The translations under genes and the position numbers were made by a program. From NCBI GenBank assembly GCA_963678065.2, contig CAXXVZ010000004.1, positions 1 through 64,000 of the forward strand: a stretch of 64,000 nucleotides of DNA. Direction: 5' to 3'. The notes below the pieces were generated by a model, which was not told where the DNA came from, searched no databases, and saw only the letters and a program-made list of their open reading frames with translations. The stretch comes from Treponemataceae bacterium. GTDB taxonomy: Bacteria; Spirochaetota; Spirochaetia; Treponematales; Rectinemataceae. Of this stretch, positions 1 through 10,539 are shown piece by piece (within the stretch, counting starts at the first letter, position 1; every line of letters begins with the position of its first letter).

Positions 1-1
1 T

Positions 2-478
2 GTCGGCGTCGCGATGGCATCCGGCACGCAGACAGCCCGCGAGGCCGGCAACATGGTCGATCTCGACAACAACCCGACGAAACTCCTCGATATCGTCGAA
101 ATCGGGAAGCAGCTCCTCATCACACGGGGCTCGCTCACGACCTTCTCGATAGCCAACGACGTCGCGAAGTATTTCGCGATCATCCCCGCTATGTTCGCGG
201 CGCTCTACGCGCCTGAGGGCGGCACCGGCCCTCTGCAGGCGCTCAATGTGATGGGGCTGCGCTCGCCCGAGAGCGCAATACTCTCCGCCGTCATCTTCAA
301 CGCCCTCATCATCGTCGCCCTCATCCCTCTCGCGCTCAAGGGTGTAAAATACAAGCCGGTCGGCGCCGCCGCACTCCTCAGGCGGAACCTCCTCGTCTAC
401 GGACTCGGAGGCCTCGCCGCACCCTTCGTCGGCATCAAGATCATCGATACGCTCATCCGCGCACTCGGCGCGGCATAA
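2..478 (+). CDS. kdpB: K+-transporting ATPase subunit B, C-terminal part (5' truncated by window edge)
   Basis: Typical KdpB C-terminus: [58 protein letters not shown] ... [13 protein letters not shown]; followed by kdpC. Confidence 0.97.
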   Translation, partial: VGVAMASGTQTAREAGNMVDLDNNPTKLLDIVEIGKQLLITRGSLTTFSIANDVAKYFAIIPAMFAALYAPEGGTGPLQALNVMGLRSPESAILSAVIFNALIIVALIPLALKGVKYKPVGAAALLRRNLLVYGLGGLAAPFVGIKIIDTLIRALGAA

Positions 479-488
479 GGAGGCGGCC

Positions 489-1064
489 ATGAAACTGCTC
501 AGGCCCGCGGCATGCGCACTCGGCTTCTTCGTCGTCGCCACGGCACTCTATACGATTGTCACGGCCGGACTCGGGAATCTTCTCTTCCCCAGGGAGGCGG
601 GCGGGAGTCTCATCGTCGAAGGCGGGAAAATCCGCGGCTCGGCTCTCCTCGGCCAGGGATTCTCCCGTCCCGACCGCTTCCACGGAAGGCCGAGCGCGGT
701 GGACTACGATGCCGCGGCGAGCGGCGCCTCCAACCTCGGTCCGACGAGCGCCACGCTCTCTTTCCAGATCGAGGAACGGTGGAAGGCGCTCGTCGCGGAG
801 AACGGCGAGACGATCGCGGGCGGGCGACCGTCAGAGCTCCTCCTCGCCTCGGGAAGCGGCCTCGATCCCCATCTATCTCCCCAGGCGGCTCTCTATCAGG
901 TGCCGCGCGTCGCGAAAGCTCTCCGTCTCGGGCCGGACGGTGAGCGCGATCTTGCCGCCCTCGTCGCGTCGATGACCGAAGGACGGACGTTCGGATTGCT
1001 GGGTGAGGCCCGGGTCAATGTCCTCGAATTGAACCTCGAACTCGGACGGCGCTACGGCGACTAG
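489..1064 (+). CDS. kdpC: K+-transporting ATPase subunit C
   Basis: AAGGAGG RBS; N-terminal TM helix; FHGRPSA, SGASNLGPTS, ASGSGLDPHLS, QVPRVA and RVNVLELNLEL motifs. Confidence 0.96.
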   Translation: MKLLRPAACALGFFVVATALYTIVTAGLGNLLFPREAGGSLIVEGGKIRGSALLGQGFSRPDRFHGRPSAVDYDAAASGASNLGPTSATLSFQIEERWKALVAENGETIAGGRPSELLLASGSGLDPHLSPQAALYQVPRVAKALRLGPDGERDLAALVASMTEGRTFGLLGEARVNVLELNLELGRRYGD

Positions 1065-1084
1065 CCGCAAAACCAGGAGCGCGG

Positions 1085-3761
1085 ATGATGAAGGAAAGGG
1101 GACAGCCCGATCCGGACGAGATACTCGCGCGGATCAAGGAGGCCGAGGCCGCCGAGGGGCGGGCCCGGTTCACGGTATTCTTCGGCATGTGCGCCGGGGT
1201 CGGCAAGACCTACGCGATGCTCCAGGAGGCGCGCTCCGCGCGCTCTGGCGGCGCGGACATCGTCGTGGCCCTCGCGGAGACACACGGGCGTCCCGAGACC
1301 GAGGCCCTCCTCGCGGGGCTCGAGCAAGTCCCGACGCGCCGGGTCTCATACCGTGGCGTCGCGCTCGAGGAACTCGACGTCGATGCAGTCGTCGAACGGC
1401 GGCCCGAAATAGCCATCGTCGACGAGCTCGCCCACACGAACGCGCCAGGCTCGCGCCATGTGAAGCGCTGGCAGGACGCGCTCGAACTCCTCGACCGCGG
1501 CATCTGTGTCTGGACCGCGATCAACGTGCAACATGTCGAGAGCCTCGCCGACGTCGTCGAAGACTTCGCGGGAACGGCCGTCCGCGAGCGCGTCCCCGAC
1601 TCGGTTTTCGACCGCGCCCGACGAGATCAGACTCATCGATGTCACGCCTGAAGGCCTCATCCAGCGCCTCGAAGAGGGCAAGGTCTACACGGGAGAGTCG
1701 TCGCGCGCCGCGATCGAAGGCTTTTTCAGGCCGCGGAACCTCGGCGCATTCCGCGAGCTTTCGCTCCGTTTCGTCGAGCGCAAGGCCGAGCGCGCCCTCA
1801 GCGCCTACGCGCGCGCGGAAGGCGGACTCCCCTCGGGAGCGAATCTCGGCGGAAACCTTCTCGTCGCCGTGGGGCCCGCGCCGAGTTCGGCCTACCTTGT
1901 GCGCTGGGCCAGGCGCACGGCCTACGCGCTGCGGGAAGGCTGGATAGCGGTGCACGTGGACACGGGAATGATCCTCTCGCGACAGGACCACGAGCGCCTC
2001 GAGGCCAATCTCGCGCTCGCCCGGAAGCTCGGCGCCGAGACCATCGTCGTCCAGGGCGTCGGTGTCGCCGAAACTGTCGTCGAGACGGCGCGGGCGCGGG
2101 GCGCCTCGATGATCGTCATCGGCCGCTCGGGTCTCTCGCACATAGGCCTCCTGCCCCGCCGCGCCACTGTCTCCGACCGTATCGTCCGCGAGGCGGGCGC
2201 GATAGATGTCGCCGTGGTCCAGGACAGCTCGGCCGCGAGATCGGGCCAGAGCGCCCTGCGCCTGCGCCGCTTCTTCGCGGCCCCGCCCCGGCAGTATGCG
2301 CTCCTCGTCGCTGCCGTCAGCGCCGTGACAGGCATGGGCGCCCTCGCCGCGCCATATATCGGATACCGCGGCATCGCCTTAGTCTATCTCGCCGCCGTCC
2401 TTGGCCTCTCCTTCGTGGCCAGTCCGATTCCGCTCGCCGCCCTCACCGTAGTTTCCGCCCTCGCCCTCAACTTCTTCTTCATCCCGCCGCTCTATACCTT
2501 CACGATCGGATCCGCGGAGGACATCCTCTTCTTTGCGATCTATTTTCTCGTCTCCGCGGTGACGGGCGGTCTCGTCGCGCGGCTCCGCTCGAACGAGCGC
2601 ATGCACGCGGAGCGCGAGCGCCGCGCGGCCTTCCTTTTCCGCGCGGCCCAGCGCCTCGCCGAGTGTCGCTCCGCCGAGGAAGCGGCCGACGAGGCGGCTC
2701 TCCTCGTAGAGGAGCATTTCGACACGGAAGCCGCCGTCCTCGTCGCCGACGAAACAGGGGCGCTCGCGAACCGCGCCGCGGGCTCCGCCGCCCCGGCCCT
2801 CGACGAGCGGGAGCGGGCCGCCGCCGCGTACTCTTTCACCGAGAGGGCAGTCTGCGGCGCGGGCACGGATTCTCTCCCGGAATCGCGGTTCCACTACGCG
2901 CCGGCGACGGCCAGAGAGCGGGCATCAGGCGTCATCGCCCTGCGGCTGCCCGAAGATCGCGCCTGGACGCGGAGCGACGACAATCTTCTTTTCTCCCTCG
3001 GACGGATACTGGCCCTCGCCGTCGAGCGCGAGCGCTCGGATGCGAGGAGCCGTCACACTGCTCTCGAGCTTGAGGCGGAGCGGCTATCGACGGCCCTCCT
3101 CAACTCGGTCTCGCATGAACTGAGAACGCCTCTGACGACGATCACCGGCTCTATCTCTGCTCTCCGGGATAAGGCTCTCGCCGAGGACGAGGATGCGCGC
3201 GGACGCATTCTCGAGGACGCCCTCGCGGCCGCGGACCGCCTGGACCGCATCGTCGAAGAAATCCTGTCGATGAGCAGGATCGAGTCGGGCGCGATGCGTC
3301 TGAAGCTCGGGCTCGCCGACCCCTCGGACATCGTTGAGGCCGCCCTCCGCGAGGCGGGGCCGGAGCTGGGCTCCCGCGATACGCGCGTCGTCCTCCCCGA
3401 TAATCCTGAGCCTGTCTTCGTCGACGAAGGCCTTGTCGCCCGCCTGACCGCGAATCTCCTCAAGAACGCAGCCACCTACTCGCGACCCGGCGAACCGATC
3501 GAACTCAGAATCGAGGAGAATGGCGACACATTCGCGGTCGTCGTCCGCGACCATGGCCCCGGCATCCCTCCGGCCGAGATCGACGAGATGTTCGAGCGGT
3601 TCAAGAGAGGTCGCGGCGTTCCCAACGGCGGCATCGGTCTCGGCCTCGCGATCTGCAAGGGGATCGTCGCGGCCCATGGGGGTTCGATCTCGGCGCGTAG
3701 CCTGGCGGACGGCGGCTTCGAGCTGCGCGCGATCTTCCCCAGTCGCGTCGACAAGAAATAA
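1085..3761 (+). pseudogene. kdpD: Sensor histidine kinase KdpD, split by a +1 frameshift at 1617-1619 (real lesion or sequencing error)
   Basis: ORF 1085-1651 carries the KdpD N-domain (GMCAGVGKTYAML, ETHGR, VDELAHTN, KRWQD). ORF 1506-3761 continues with DEIRLIDVTPE, Usp-like region, 4 TMs, GAF, SHELRTPL H-box and GIGLGLAIC. Removing one C from GCCCGAC restores VFDRADEIRLID. Confidence 0.9.
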
Positions 3762-3821
3762 TCGATGGGGGCACAGGGCCGCCGCCAGGTTCCTGGAATT
3801 CGCGGCCGACAGTGCAGCTCT

Positions 3822-3884
3822 CCCGACGGCGGTATCGGTCTCGGTCCCGCGATCGGCAGGATAATCGCCGCGGTTCACGGCGGC
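3822..3884 (+). repeat. Degenerate copy of the kdpD G2-box segment (3621-3683)
   Basis: Ungapped alignment by hand gives 48/63 identical nt; PDGGIGLGPAIGRIIAAVHGG versus PNGGIGLGLAICKGIVAAHGG. Confidence 0.75.
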
Positions 3885-4702
3885 GGACTATTCCGGTACT
3901 CCGAGGGGGACAGGCCCCTGTGCAGCCTGAAGGTCTTCGAAAACAGGAAAGGATCGTCGTAGCCCACCGACGCGGATACCTGCCCGACACTCATGCGCGT
4001 ATGTCTCAGAAGGGAAGCGGCCCTCTTCAGTCTGAATCCGGTCAGGAAGGCCTTCGGGCCGAGGCCGGTCTGCGCCTTGAACAGTCCGGAAAAGTACTTC
4101 CTCTCCAGACACACATACTCCGCCATATCCCGCACCGCGATATCGCGCGAGTAGTTCTTTTCGATGAACCTCACCGCTTTCGCGACATGGTCATTCATTC
4201 TGTCAGTCTTGCCGGAAAACCGCGCCTGCCCGATCAGGGTCGACATGAAGATGTACAACAATCCGACGAGGCGAATTTCCCTGTCCTTCTCGATCTGACT
4301 CGACCTGATCAAGGCCGATAGGTCGCTTTCCACGGATCCGGCGTCGCCGCAGGTCGCGACGGTGTTGGCCGCGTCGAACCCGGCGCGACTCATGTACGTT
4401 CCGGCATTGAGCCCGTCGAAAGCCACCCACGAGTACTTCCACGGATCATCCATGTCCGCCACATACCGGACAAGCGTGTCGGGATAAATGAGGAAAACCT
4501 GTCCCGCGCTCAGTGTCCGGGTCGCGCCGCCCGCGGTGTAGCTCCCCCTGCCCGAATGAATGTAATGGAGCTTGAAGTGATCTTTTACGCCCGGACCGAA
4601 TGCGTGGCCGGGACCGCAGTCCTGAGTCCCGCAATAGTAAAGGTCGAGATCGAGGTTCCGCTCCGGATTTTTACCCTCGTCCTCGTACGCGTAGGAAATC
4701 AC
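3875..4702 (-). CDS. AraC-family transcriptional regulator (cupin sensor + double HTH)
   Basis: LYYCGTQDCGPGHAFGP...PWKYSWVAF cupin; KYFSGLFK and VGYDDPFLFSKTFR HTH motifs; GTG start at 4702 after AGGAGG. Confidence 0.92.
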   Translation of the reverse strand: MISYAYEDEGKNPERNLDLDLYYCGTQDCGPGHAFGPGVKDHFKLHYIHSGRGSYTAGGATRTLSAGQVFLIYPDTLVRYVADMDDPWKYSWVAFDGLNAGTYMSRAGFDAANTVATCGDAGSVESDLSALIRSSQIEKDREIRLVGLLYIFMSTLIGQARFSGKTDRMNDHVAKAVRFIEKNYSRDIAVRDMAEYVCLERKYFSGLFKAQTGLGPKAFLTGFRLKRAASLLRHTRMSVGQVSASVGYDDPFLFSKTFRLHRGLSPSEYRNSPPP

Positions 4703-4886
4703 ACGCCTCCTATGCCGGGACGTGAATCCGCGGCCGCCATTCCCGGCATCTGCCTTACAATACCATAAAGAGACATTTTGCCATATTGTGAAGACAATTG
4801 GACATGGCCGGGGTCCCCCGATCAGTCTAGAATCGCCACAGCCTGTGGCTGTGGCAGGCAACGAACTCCAAAGGAGTGCATCCAGA

Positions 4887-5876
4887 ATGTACGAACCAAG
4901 CGAATCCCGCTATGACTCGATGAAGTACAATCGCTGCGGGGCGAGCGGTCTGAAGCTTCCGGCCATTTCACTCGGACTCTGGCACAACTTCGGCGACTCC
5001 GATTCCTTCGACAACGCCCGCGCCATGGTCAGACGCGCCTTCGACCTCGGCATCACCCACTTCGACGCTGCCAACAACTACGGTCCTCCTCCCGGTTCCG
5101 CCGAGGAGAATTTCGGAAGAATTCTCGGCAAGGATTTCAGGGCCCACCGGGACGAGATGATCATCTCTTCCAAGGCAGGATATGTGATGTGGCCCGGCCC
5201 CTACGGCGACTGGGGCTCGAAAAAGTACCTCGTTTCGAGTCTCGACCAGAGCCTTGTGCGCATGGGTCTCGACTATGTCGACATTTTCTACCACCACAGG
5301 CCCGATCCCTCCACGCCCCTCGAGGAGACGATGGCCGCCCTCGACCTCATCGTCAGGCAGGGCAAGGCTCTGTACGTCGGCATTTCGAATTACCGCCCGG
5401 AAGAGACCCGAAGGGCCGCCCGCATCCTCAAGGATCTCGGAACCCCCTGCCTCATCCACCAGCCCAATTATTCCATGCTGGACAGATGGGTCGAAGACGG
5501 CCTTCTCGACGTTCTGGAAACTGAATCGATCGGCTGCATCGTCTTCTCGCCCCTGCACAGAGGCATCCTCACCGACAGGTACTTCAACGGCATACCGGCC
5601 GGATCGCGGGCCTCGGGGAAGAGCGTTTTCCTGAAATCCGCCGACGTGACGGAAGCCCTTGTAAACAAGGTGAAGCGACTCGACACGGTAGCGCAGGCCC
5701 GGGGGCAGAAAATGGCCCAGATGGCCCTGTCCTGGGTGCTCCGGGATTCCCGGGTTACCTCGGCGCTCATAGGAGCGAGCAGACCGGAACAGATCGACGA
5801 ATGCGTGGCCGCGGCGGCCAGGACGGATTTCAGCGCGGATGAACTGCAGCGGATCGAGGGTATCCTCGCACAGTGA
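4887..5876 (+). CDS. mgrA: Aldo/keto reductase, L-glyceraldehyde-3-phosphate/methylglyoxal reductase type (YghZ/Gpr/MgrA)
   Basis: RYDSMKYNRCGASGLKLPAISLGLWHNFG, FDAANNYGPPPGSAEENFG, SSKAGYVMWPGPYGDWGS, DYVDIFYHHRPD; AAGGAG RBS. Confidence 0.9.
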   Translation: MYEPSESRYDSMKYNRCGASGLKLPAISLGLWHNFGDSDSFDNARAMVRRAFDLGITHFDAANNYGPPPGSAEENFGRILGKDFRAHRDEMIISSKAGYVMWPGPYGDWGSKKYLVSSLDQSLVRMGLDYVDIFYHHRPDPSTPLEETMAALDLIVRQGKALYVGISNYRPEETRRAARILKDLGTPCLIHQPNYSMLDRWVEDGLLDVLETESIGCIVFSPLHRGILTDRYFNGIPAGSRASGKSVFLKSADVTEALVNKVKRLDTVAQARGQKMAQMALSWVLRDSRVTSALIGASRPEQIDECVAAAARTDFSADELQRIEGILAQ

Positions 5877-5965
5877 GAGAAAAGCGATCCGGGGAGGTCG
5901 ACCACCCTCTCCTCCTTCGAGTCGCCCTCGATGCGCGTTCCCTTTTTGCCATTCCGTTTTCCTTA

Positions 5966-7285
5966 TCATTCCGCGCAGGCGAGCTCGTAGAGAGTCTGGG
6001 TCGATATGCGCAGATGCCGCATGAGCTTGTCCATGTCGACATATTCGTCGTTCTGGTGAGCTCCCTCTCCGGCCCCCGGGCCGAAGGCCACGCCCCGGCC
6101 CTGCAGGCAGGACGCGTAGGTCCTTCCCCCCATGGACTCGGTCCGGGCCACCTCTCCCGTCACCTTCTCGAAGGCGAGTTTCAGCTTCAGTACGAGTTCG
6201 CTCTCTTCGTCCACGAAGAGCGGAGGGTTGTCGGAGTGACTGGCAATCGTCACGCCGAACCGGGCGGCCGCAGAGGACAGCGCCTCGAGTATCGGGCCGG
6301 ATGCGCAGGTTACCGGGTAGCGGATGTCGAGACTGGCTTTGCTCAGAGGGCGGTCGGCGTCGACGAGCCCCAGGTTCAGCGTGAGTTCGCCCGAATGAGA
6401 GTCGGAACAGGCTATCCCCAGACTCGCCCCGTCGGTCTCGGATCCTATTTTCGCCGCGAGAAAATCGAGAAGGGAATTGCACGTTTTGATTCCTGTCTCG
6501 CGCATATCGAGCATGGCGAGGGCGGCCGCGTTCACGCCTTCCTTCGGCCAGGCGCCGTGCCAGGATTTTCCTCGGTATACTTTCCCCGCGGCGGGTCCCG
6601 CGTCAGTATCCACGCCCGGACTTCCCGCGAAAAATGTCAGTTCGCAGAGGTCGGGCACCATGTTGACGAGCTGGCCCGCCTTCAGCTTCACCGCGGAGTC
6701 CGGAGTCATCGCCTGAAGCCTTACGTGGAGGCGACCCTTTTCCCTGTTGGTTATGGAGTAGCCCGCGTCGGGGACGATGGCCATGTCGGGCAAGGGCATT
6801 TTCGCGAAATAGTGCGGCATGTCGGAGCTGCCGTTCTCTTCGTCAGTGCCGAAAATAAGGCGGATTTTCCTGCGCGGCACGATACCCAGGTCCGAGAGCA
6901 GTTTTATCGAATAGAGAGCCGCGACCGCGGAGCACTTGTTGTCGGCCGATCCGCGGCCGTAAACCCTGCCCTCCCTGTACTCCCCGCAGAAGGGCGGGTA
7001 GGTCCAGCCCTCGCCGACAGGGACAACGTCCAGATGCGAGAGGACGGCGACGATTTCGTCGCCGCCGCCGAAATCCACGTGGCCCGCGTAATTGTCGACA
7101 TTGGCGCAGGCGAAACCCATGCGCGCGCCCTCGCCCAGCACCCAGGAAAGCGCCGCGGCCAGGGGAAGGCCGAAGGGCATTCCCGCCGCGGGACTTTCCT
7201 TGACGCTCGGTATGCGGACGAGCTCCCCGAGCTTCCCGATTATTTCTTTCCGGTAGACCTCGACCTGATCCTGACTGATAAGCAT
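5966..7285 (-). CDS. M20-family metallo-dipeptidase (PepV/Sapep-like)
   Basis: HLDVVP, YGRGSADNK, GTDEENG, MGGRTYA and GAHQNDEY motifs; AGGAGAGG RBS. Confidence 0.9.
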   Translation of the reverse strand: MLISQDQVEVYRKEIIGKLGELVRIPSVKESPAAGMPFGLPLAAALSWVLGEGARMGFACANVDNYAGHVDFGGGDEIVAVLSHLDVVPVGEGWTYPPFCGEYREGRVYGRGSADNKCSAVAALYSIKLLSDLGIVPRRKIRLIFGTDEENGSSDMPHYFAKMPLPDMAIVPDAGYSITNREKGRLHVRLQAMTPDSAVKLKAGQLVNMVPDLCELTFFAGSPGVDTDAGPAAGKVYRGKSWHGAWPKEGVNAAALAMLDMRETGIKTCNSLLDFLAAKIGSETDGASLGIACSDSHSGELTLNLGLVDADRPLSKASLDIRYPVTCASGPILEALSSAAARFGVTIASHSDNPPLFVDEESELVLKLKLAFEKVTGEVARTESMGGRTYASCLQGRGVAFGPGAGEGAHQNDEYVDMDKLMRHLRISTQTLYELACAE

Positions 7286-7314
7286 GGACTCACCTCTCCT
7301 TGTGTCATTATGTC

Positions 7315-7371
7315 AAAAAAAGGCGCACGCGGTTTCAGTCCTTTCGGATACTGACTAAAGCCGCATGCGCC
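7315..7371 (-). terminator. Intrinsic terminator-like hairpin downstream of the binding-protein gene
   Basis: Minus strand GGCGCATGCGGCTTT...TCCGAAAGGA...AAACCGCGTGCGCC followed by a run of 7 T. Confidence 0.65.
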
Positions 7372-7433
7372 GCCGCTTTGGCGCGCCTTCGAAAGCCTCA
7401 TCCTGCTTTTTTAAGAAGGCGCGCCCGGGAATA

Positions 7434-8666
7434 TTACTTGTCGATCTCGTCGTTCATCGCCGCCTGCATCTTCGCGAGGGCGTCGGGAGCGAGTTTGGGG
7501 CTGTTGAATATCTTGGCCGCGTGCTGGGCGAACACGGTCTCGACCTGATTCATGTTGGTCTTGGCGAAGGGATACATGGTGCTGAAGTTCAGTGTCGAGA
7601 AAATGTTGGCTACGCCCATGGAGGCCGGATAACTCTTCATCCAGTTCGCCGACTGGCCGTTGGGGCAGGGAATGTAGAGTTCGGAAATCGTCTTGGAGGA
7701 GAAATCCCCGGCGAGGAACTTGAGGAGTTCCCAGGCTTCCTTGGGGTGCTTGGTCTTGGCCATCGCGGAGTATCCGTTGTTGTTGACGACGGAGTTCTTC
7801 ATCTTGCGTTTCGGGAGTTCGGCGACGCCGAGATTGTCGACGCCGATCGCATCGGCGTAGGCCTTGATCATCCAGCTGCCGCCGACCTGGATGGCGGTGA
7901 GGTTGTTCTGGAACATGGAGCTGGCGTTGGTCTCGGCGAGCTCGCTCGGAGTCGGGAACACCTGATACTTGTAGATGAGGTCGAGCATCCACTGGAAGGT
8001 CTCGCGGTTTTCCGGAGAATCGATGACGCATCTGGACTTGTCGTCGGAATAGAGCTTCCCGCCGTTCTGGAGTATGAAGTCGTAAATAAAGGTCTCTCCG
8101 GCGATGTCGCCGCCGAGTCCGTACTGCTTCACCTTGTTGCCGTCGCGCTTGGTCAGCTGTTTGGCGAGGGCGAGCATGTCGTCCCAGGTCCACTCCGCCT
8201 TCGGGGCGGCGACCCCGGCCTCTTTGAAGAGCTTCTTGTTGTAAAATACGCAGATGTCGTTGTAGAAGGAGGGAATGCCGTACATGTCGCCCTTGTACCT
8301 GAAGGGAGCCTTGAACTTGTCGTCGTACATGCCGAGATCGAATTTGTCGGCGTTCATGTAGGGCTGCAGATTCAGGAGGGCGCCCTCGGGCATGTACATG
8401 TAGGCGTTCTTGGGATGCATCCAGAAGACATCGTAGCCGGTTCCGGTGGCGAATCCGAGCTGGAGCTTGGTCCAGTAATCGTTTCCGGTGACGACGGAAT
8501 AATTGACCTTGATGTCCTTGTTCAGCCTCTCGAACTCGGCGATCATTCTCTTGAACTGCGGTTCAGAGGTGCCGCCCCATCCAGCCATCGTGAGCGTCAC
8601 CGGCTCGGCGAATACCGACCCGACGAGCGCCGCAAGGATCAGAGCGGTCAGCCATGTTCTTTTCAT
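7434..8666 (-). CDS. Carbohydrate ABC transporter substrate-binding protein (CUT1)
   Basis: Signal peptide MKRTWLTALILAALVGSVFA; YGIPS...FYNKKLFKEAGV...WTWDD motif; GGAGG RBS. Confidence 0.93.
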   Translation of the reverse strand: MKRTWLTALILAALVGSVFAEPVTLTMAGWGGTSEPQFKRMIAEFERLNKDIKVNYSVVTGNDYWTKLQLGFATGTGYDVFWMHPKNAYMYMPEGALLNLQPYMNADKFDLGMYDDKFKAPFRYKGDMYGIPSFYNDICVFYNKKLFKEAGVAAPKAEWTWDDMLALAKQLTKRDGNKVKQYGLGGDIAGETFIYDFILQNGGKLYSDDKSRCVIDSPENRETFQWMLDLIYKYQVFPTPSELAETNASSMFQNNLTAIQVGGSWMIKAYADAIGVDNLGVAELPKRKMKNSVVNNNGYSAMAKTKHPKEAWELLKFLAGDFSSKTISELYIPCPNGQSANWMKSYPASMGVANIFSTLNFSTMYPFAKTNMNQVETVFAQHAAKIFNSPKLAPDALAKMQAAMNDEIDK

Positions 8667-8777
8667 ACAATTCCTCCATGCCACAAGGTATCTTTAAGGG
8701 CTCCACGAGCCGTTTTCCCGATTGGAAGAGACTGCCACCTGATTCAGGATCCGCGCGGCGGAAATCGAATCCGGCTT

Positions 8778-9632
8778 TCAGGCCTTCATCCCCGTGGAGG
8801 CGATGCCGTCCACGAAGTATTTCTGCCCGACGAGGACGATTATCAGAATGGGAAGCGTCGTCAGAACGGAGGCGGTCAAGAGGATGTTGTACTGTATGAA
8901 ACTCACGAACCTGCTCTGGATGAGCGAGAGCACGAGCGAAAGGACATACTTGTCGGAGGAACTGAGGACGATGAGTGGCCACAGAAGGTCATTCCAGGAC
9001 CAGGTGAAAACGAGGATGCCGATCGCCACGAGGCTGGACTGACAGAGCGGCAGGAGGACGGACCAGAAAATTCTGAAGTAGGAGCATCCGTCCAGGATCG
9101 CGGATTCGTCGAGCTCCCTCGGCAAAGTCATCATGTGCTGCCTGATGAAGAAACAGCAGGATATGCTCGGGAGGCTCGGGATGATGACGCCCGCGAAGGT
9201 GTCGAGCCATCCGAAGCTCACGAGAAGGGAATACCGCGGAAGGAGAATCATCTGGAGCGGAACCATCATCGCGGCGGTGAGGCAGACGAAGATCAGGTTC
9301 TTGCCGGGAAACCTGAGCCGGGCGAAGGCGTAGGCGGCGAGCGAGCAGATGAAGAGCTGGGGAATGGTTATGCCCAGGGTCACGATGATCGTATTCTTGT
9401 AGAAGGAGAGGAAATTCATCCTCCACAGCAGTTCATCGTAATTCCCCAGGTAGAGGGATTTCGGAAGCCAGCTCAAGGGGACTTTTATCGTCTCGGGATA
9501 GGTCTTGAACGATGTCAGGAACATCCAGACAAAGGGACAGATCACGATGAGGGCGCCTGAGCCGACGAGGATCGTCGAGGTGACGCTCTTCATGCGCCTG
9601 CGGACGCGGTAGGCGCTCAAGGTTTTACTCAT
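8778..9632 (-). CDS. Carbohydrate ABC transporter permease (MalG-like)
   Basis: AAYAFARLRFPGK; EAA loop LPRELDESAILDGC; WNDLLWPLIV. Confidence 0.93.
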   Translation of the reverse strand: MSKTLSAYRVRRRMKSVTSTILVGSGALIVICPFVWMFLTSFKTYPETIKVPLSWLPKSLYLGNYDELLWRMNFLSFYKNTIIVTLGITIPQLFICSLAAYAFARLRFPGKNLIFVCLTAAMMVPLQMILLPRYSLLVSFGWLDTFAGVIIPSLPSISCCFFIRQHMMTLPRELDESAILDGCSYFRIFWSVLLPLCQSSLVAIGILVFTWSWNDLLWPLIVLSSSDKYVLSLVLSLIQSRFVSFIQYNILLTASVLTTLPILIIVLVGQKYFVDGIASTGMKA

Positions 9633-10539
9633 AGTGTACCCACCATTTTTGGGAAACGAATTGCAGGACCGTGATGACCATGATGAGGAAGAAGAGGACC
9701 ATCGCTTCGGTGGAGGCGTAGCCCATCTCGAAGAACATGAATCCCCTCTGGTAGATCCCGTAGGCCATGTTCCTGATTCCCGCCTCGATGAGGGGCGTGT
9801 CCTTGGAGAAGAGGTAGATCTGGTCGAACATCTTCATCGAACCGATGATGGATACCGTGGTGACGTAGAATATCTGCGGCGTTAAGAGCGGTAGCGTGAT
9901 GTGGAAAAATTTCTGTACCTCGGAAACCCCGTCCATGTCGCAGGCCTCGTAGTAGGACTTGGGTATGCCCTTGAGCCCCGACAGGAGGATGATCGCGTTG
10001 TAGCCGATGCCGGCCCAGATGGCCATGATGATGATCACCCACATCACGAGATTCGGCTGGGCGAGCCAGCGCGGCTGCGGCATCCGCAAGAATCCGAGCA
10101 CCTCGTTGACGATGCCGTACTTGGAGTGGAAGAGAGCCTGGAATATCAGCACCGTGGCCACGGGCAGAGTGATGGAGGGAACGAAATAGGCGACCTGGAA
10201 AATCCCTTTGCCCTTCACGCCTTTATTGAAGGAGTTGGCGAGGAGGATCGAGAGGAAAATTTTGATGGGCACGCTTGCGAAGGTGAAATAGATGGTATTC
10301 AGCAATTCCAGGCTTATGGCTGAATCCCGGAAAATGCGTCTGTAGTTTTTAAGGCCATTGAATGCGGGCTTCGCGATGCCGTTCCACTTCGTGAAGGAGA
10401 CGAAAAACGAATAGAAAATCGGACCTATCAGAAATACCACCAGCAGGGCAACGAGGGGAAATATGAAGGCGTAGCCCCACAGGGACTCCGATATCCTTTT
10501 CCCCGCCAGGGTCTTTCCCGAAGCACCAGTCATGGGCAT
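9625..10539 (-). CDS. Carbohydrate ABC transporter permease (MalF-like)
   Basis: GLKNY; EAA loop GIPKSYYEACDMDG; ITLPLLTP; MGYAS; overlaps the next start codon. Confidence 0.92.
   Translation of the reverse strand: MPMTGASGKTLAGKRISESLWGYAFIFPLVALLVVFLIGPIFYSFFVSFTKWNGIAKPAFNGLKNYRRIFRDSAISLELLNTIYFTFASVPIKIFLSILLANSFNKGVKGKGIFQVAYFVPSITLPVATVLIFQALFHSKYGIVNEVLGFLRMPQPRWLAQPNLVMWVIIIMAIWAGIGYNAIILLSGLKGIPKSYYEACDMDGVSEVQKFFHITLPLLTPQIFYVTTVSIIGSMKMFDQIYLFSKDTPLIEAGIRNMAYGIYQRGFMFFEMGYASTEAMVLFFLIMVITVLQFVSQKWWVHYE

Noticed and set aside
3765..3962. 65-aa ORF after kdpD as a real small gene
   Set aside because: Only a kinase G2-box fragment is recognisable and it overlaps the AraC 3' end; treated as a remnant
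7365..9560. 731-aa plus-strand ORF, and similar long antisense ORFs at 23627-25405, 46243-47790, 16466-18076, 36446-37783 and 59747-61093
   Set aside because: These are shadow frames expected from strong GC3 codon bias opposite well-supported genes; they have no recognisable motifs
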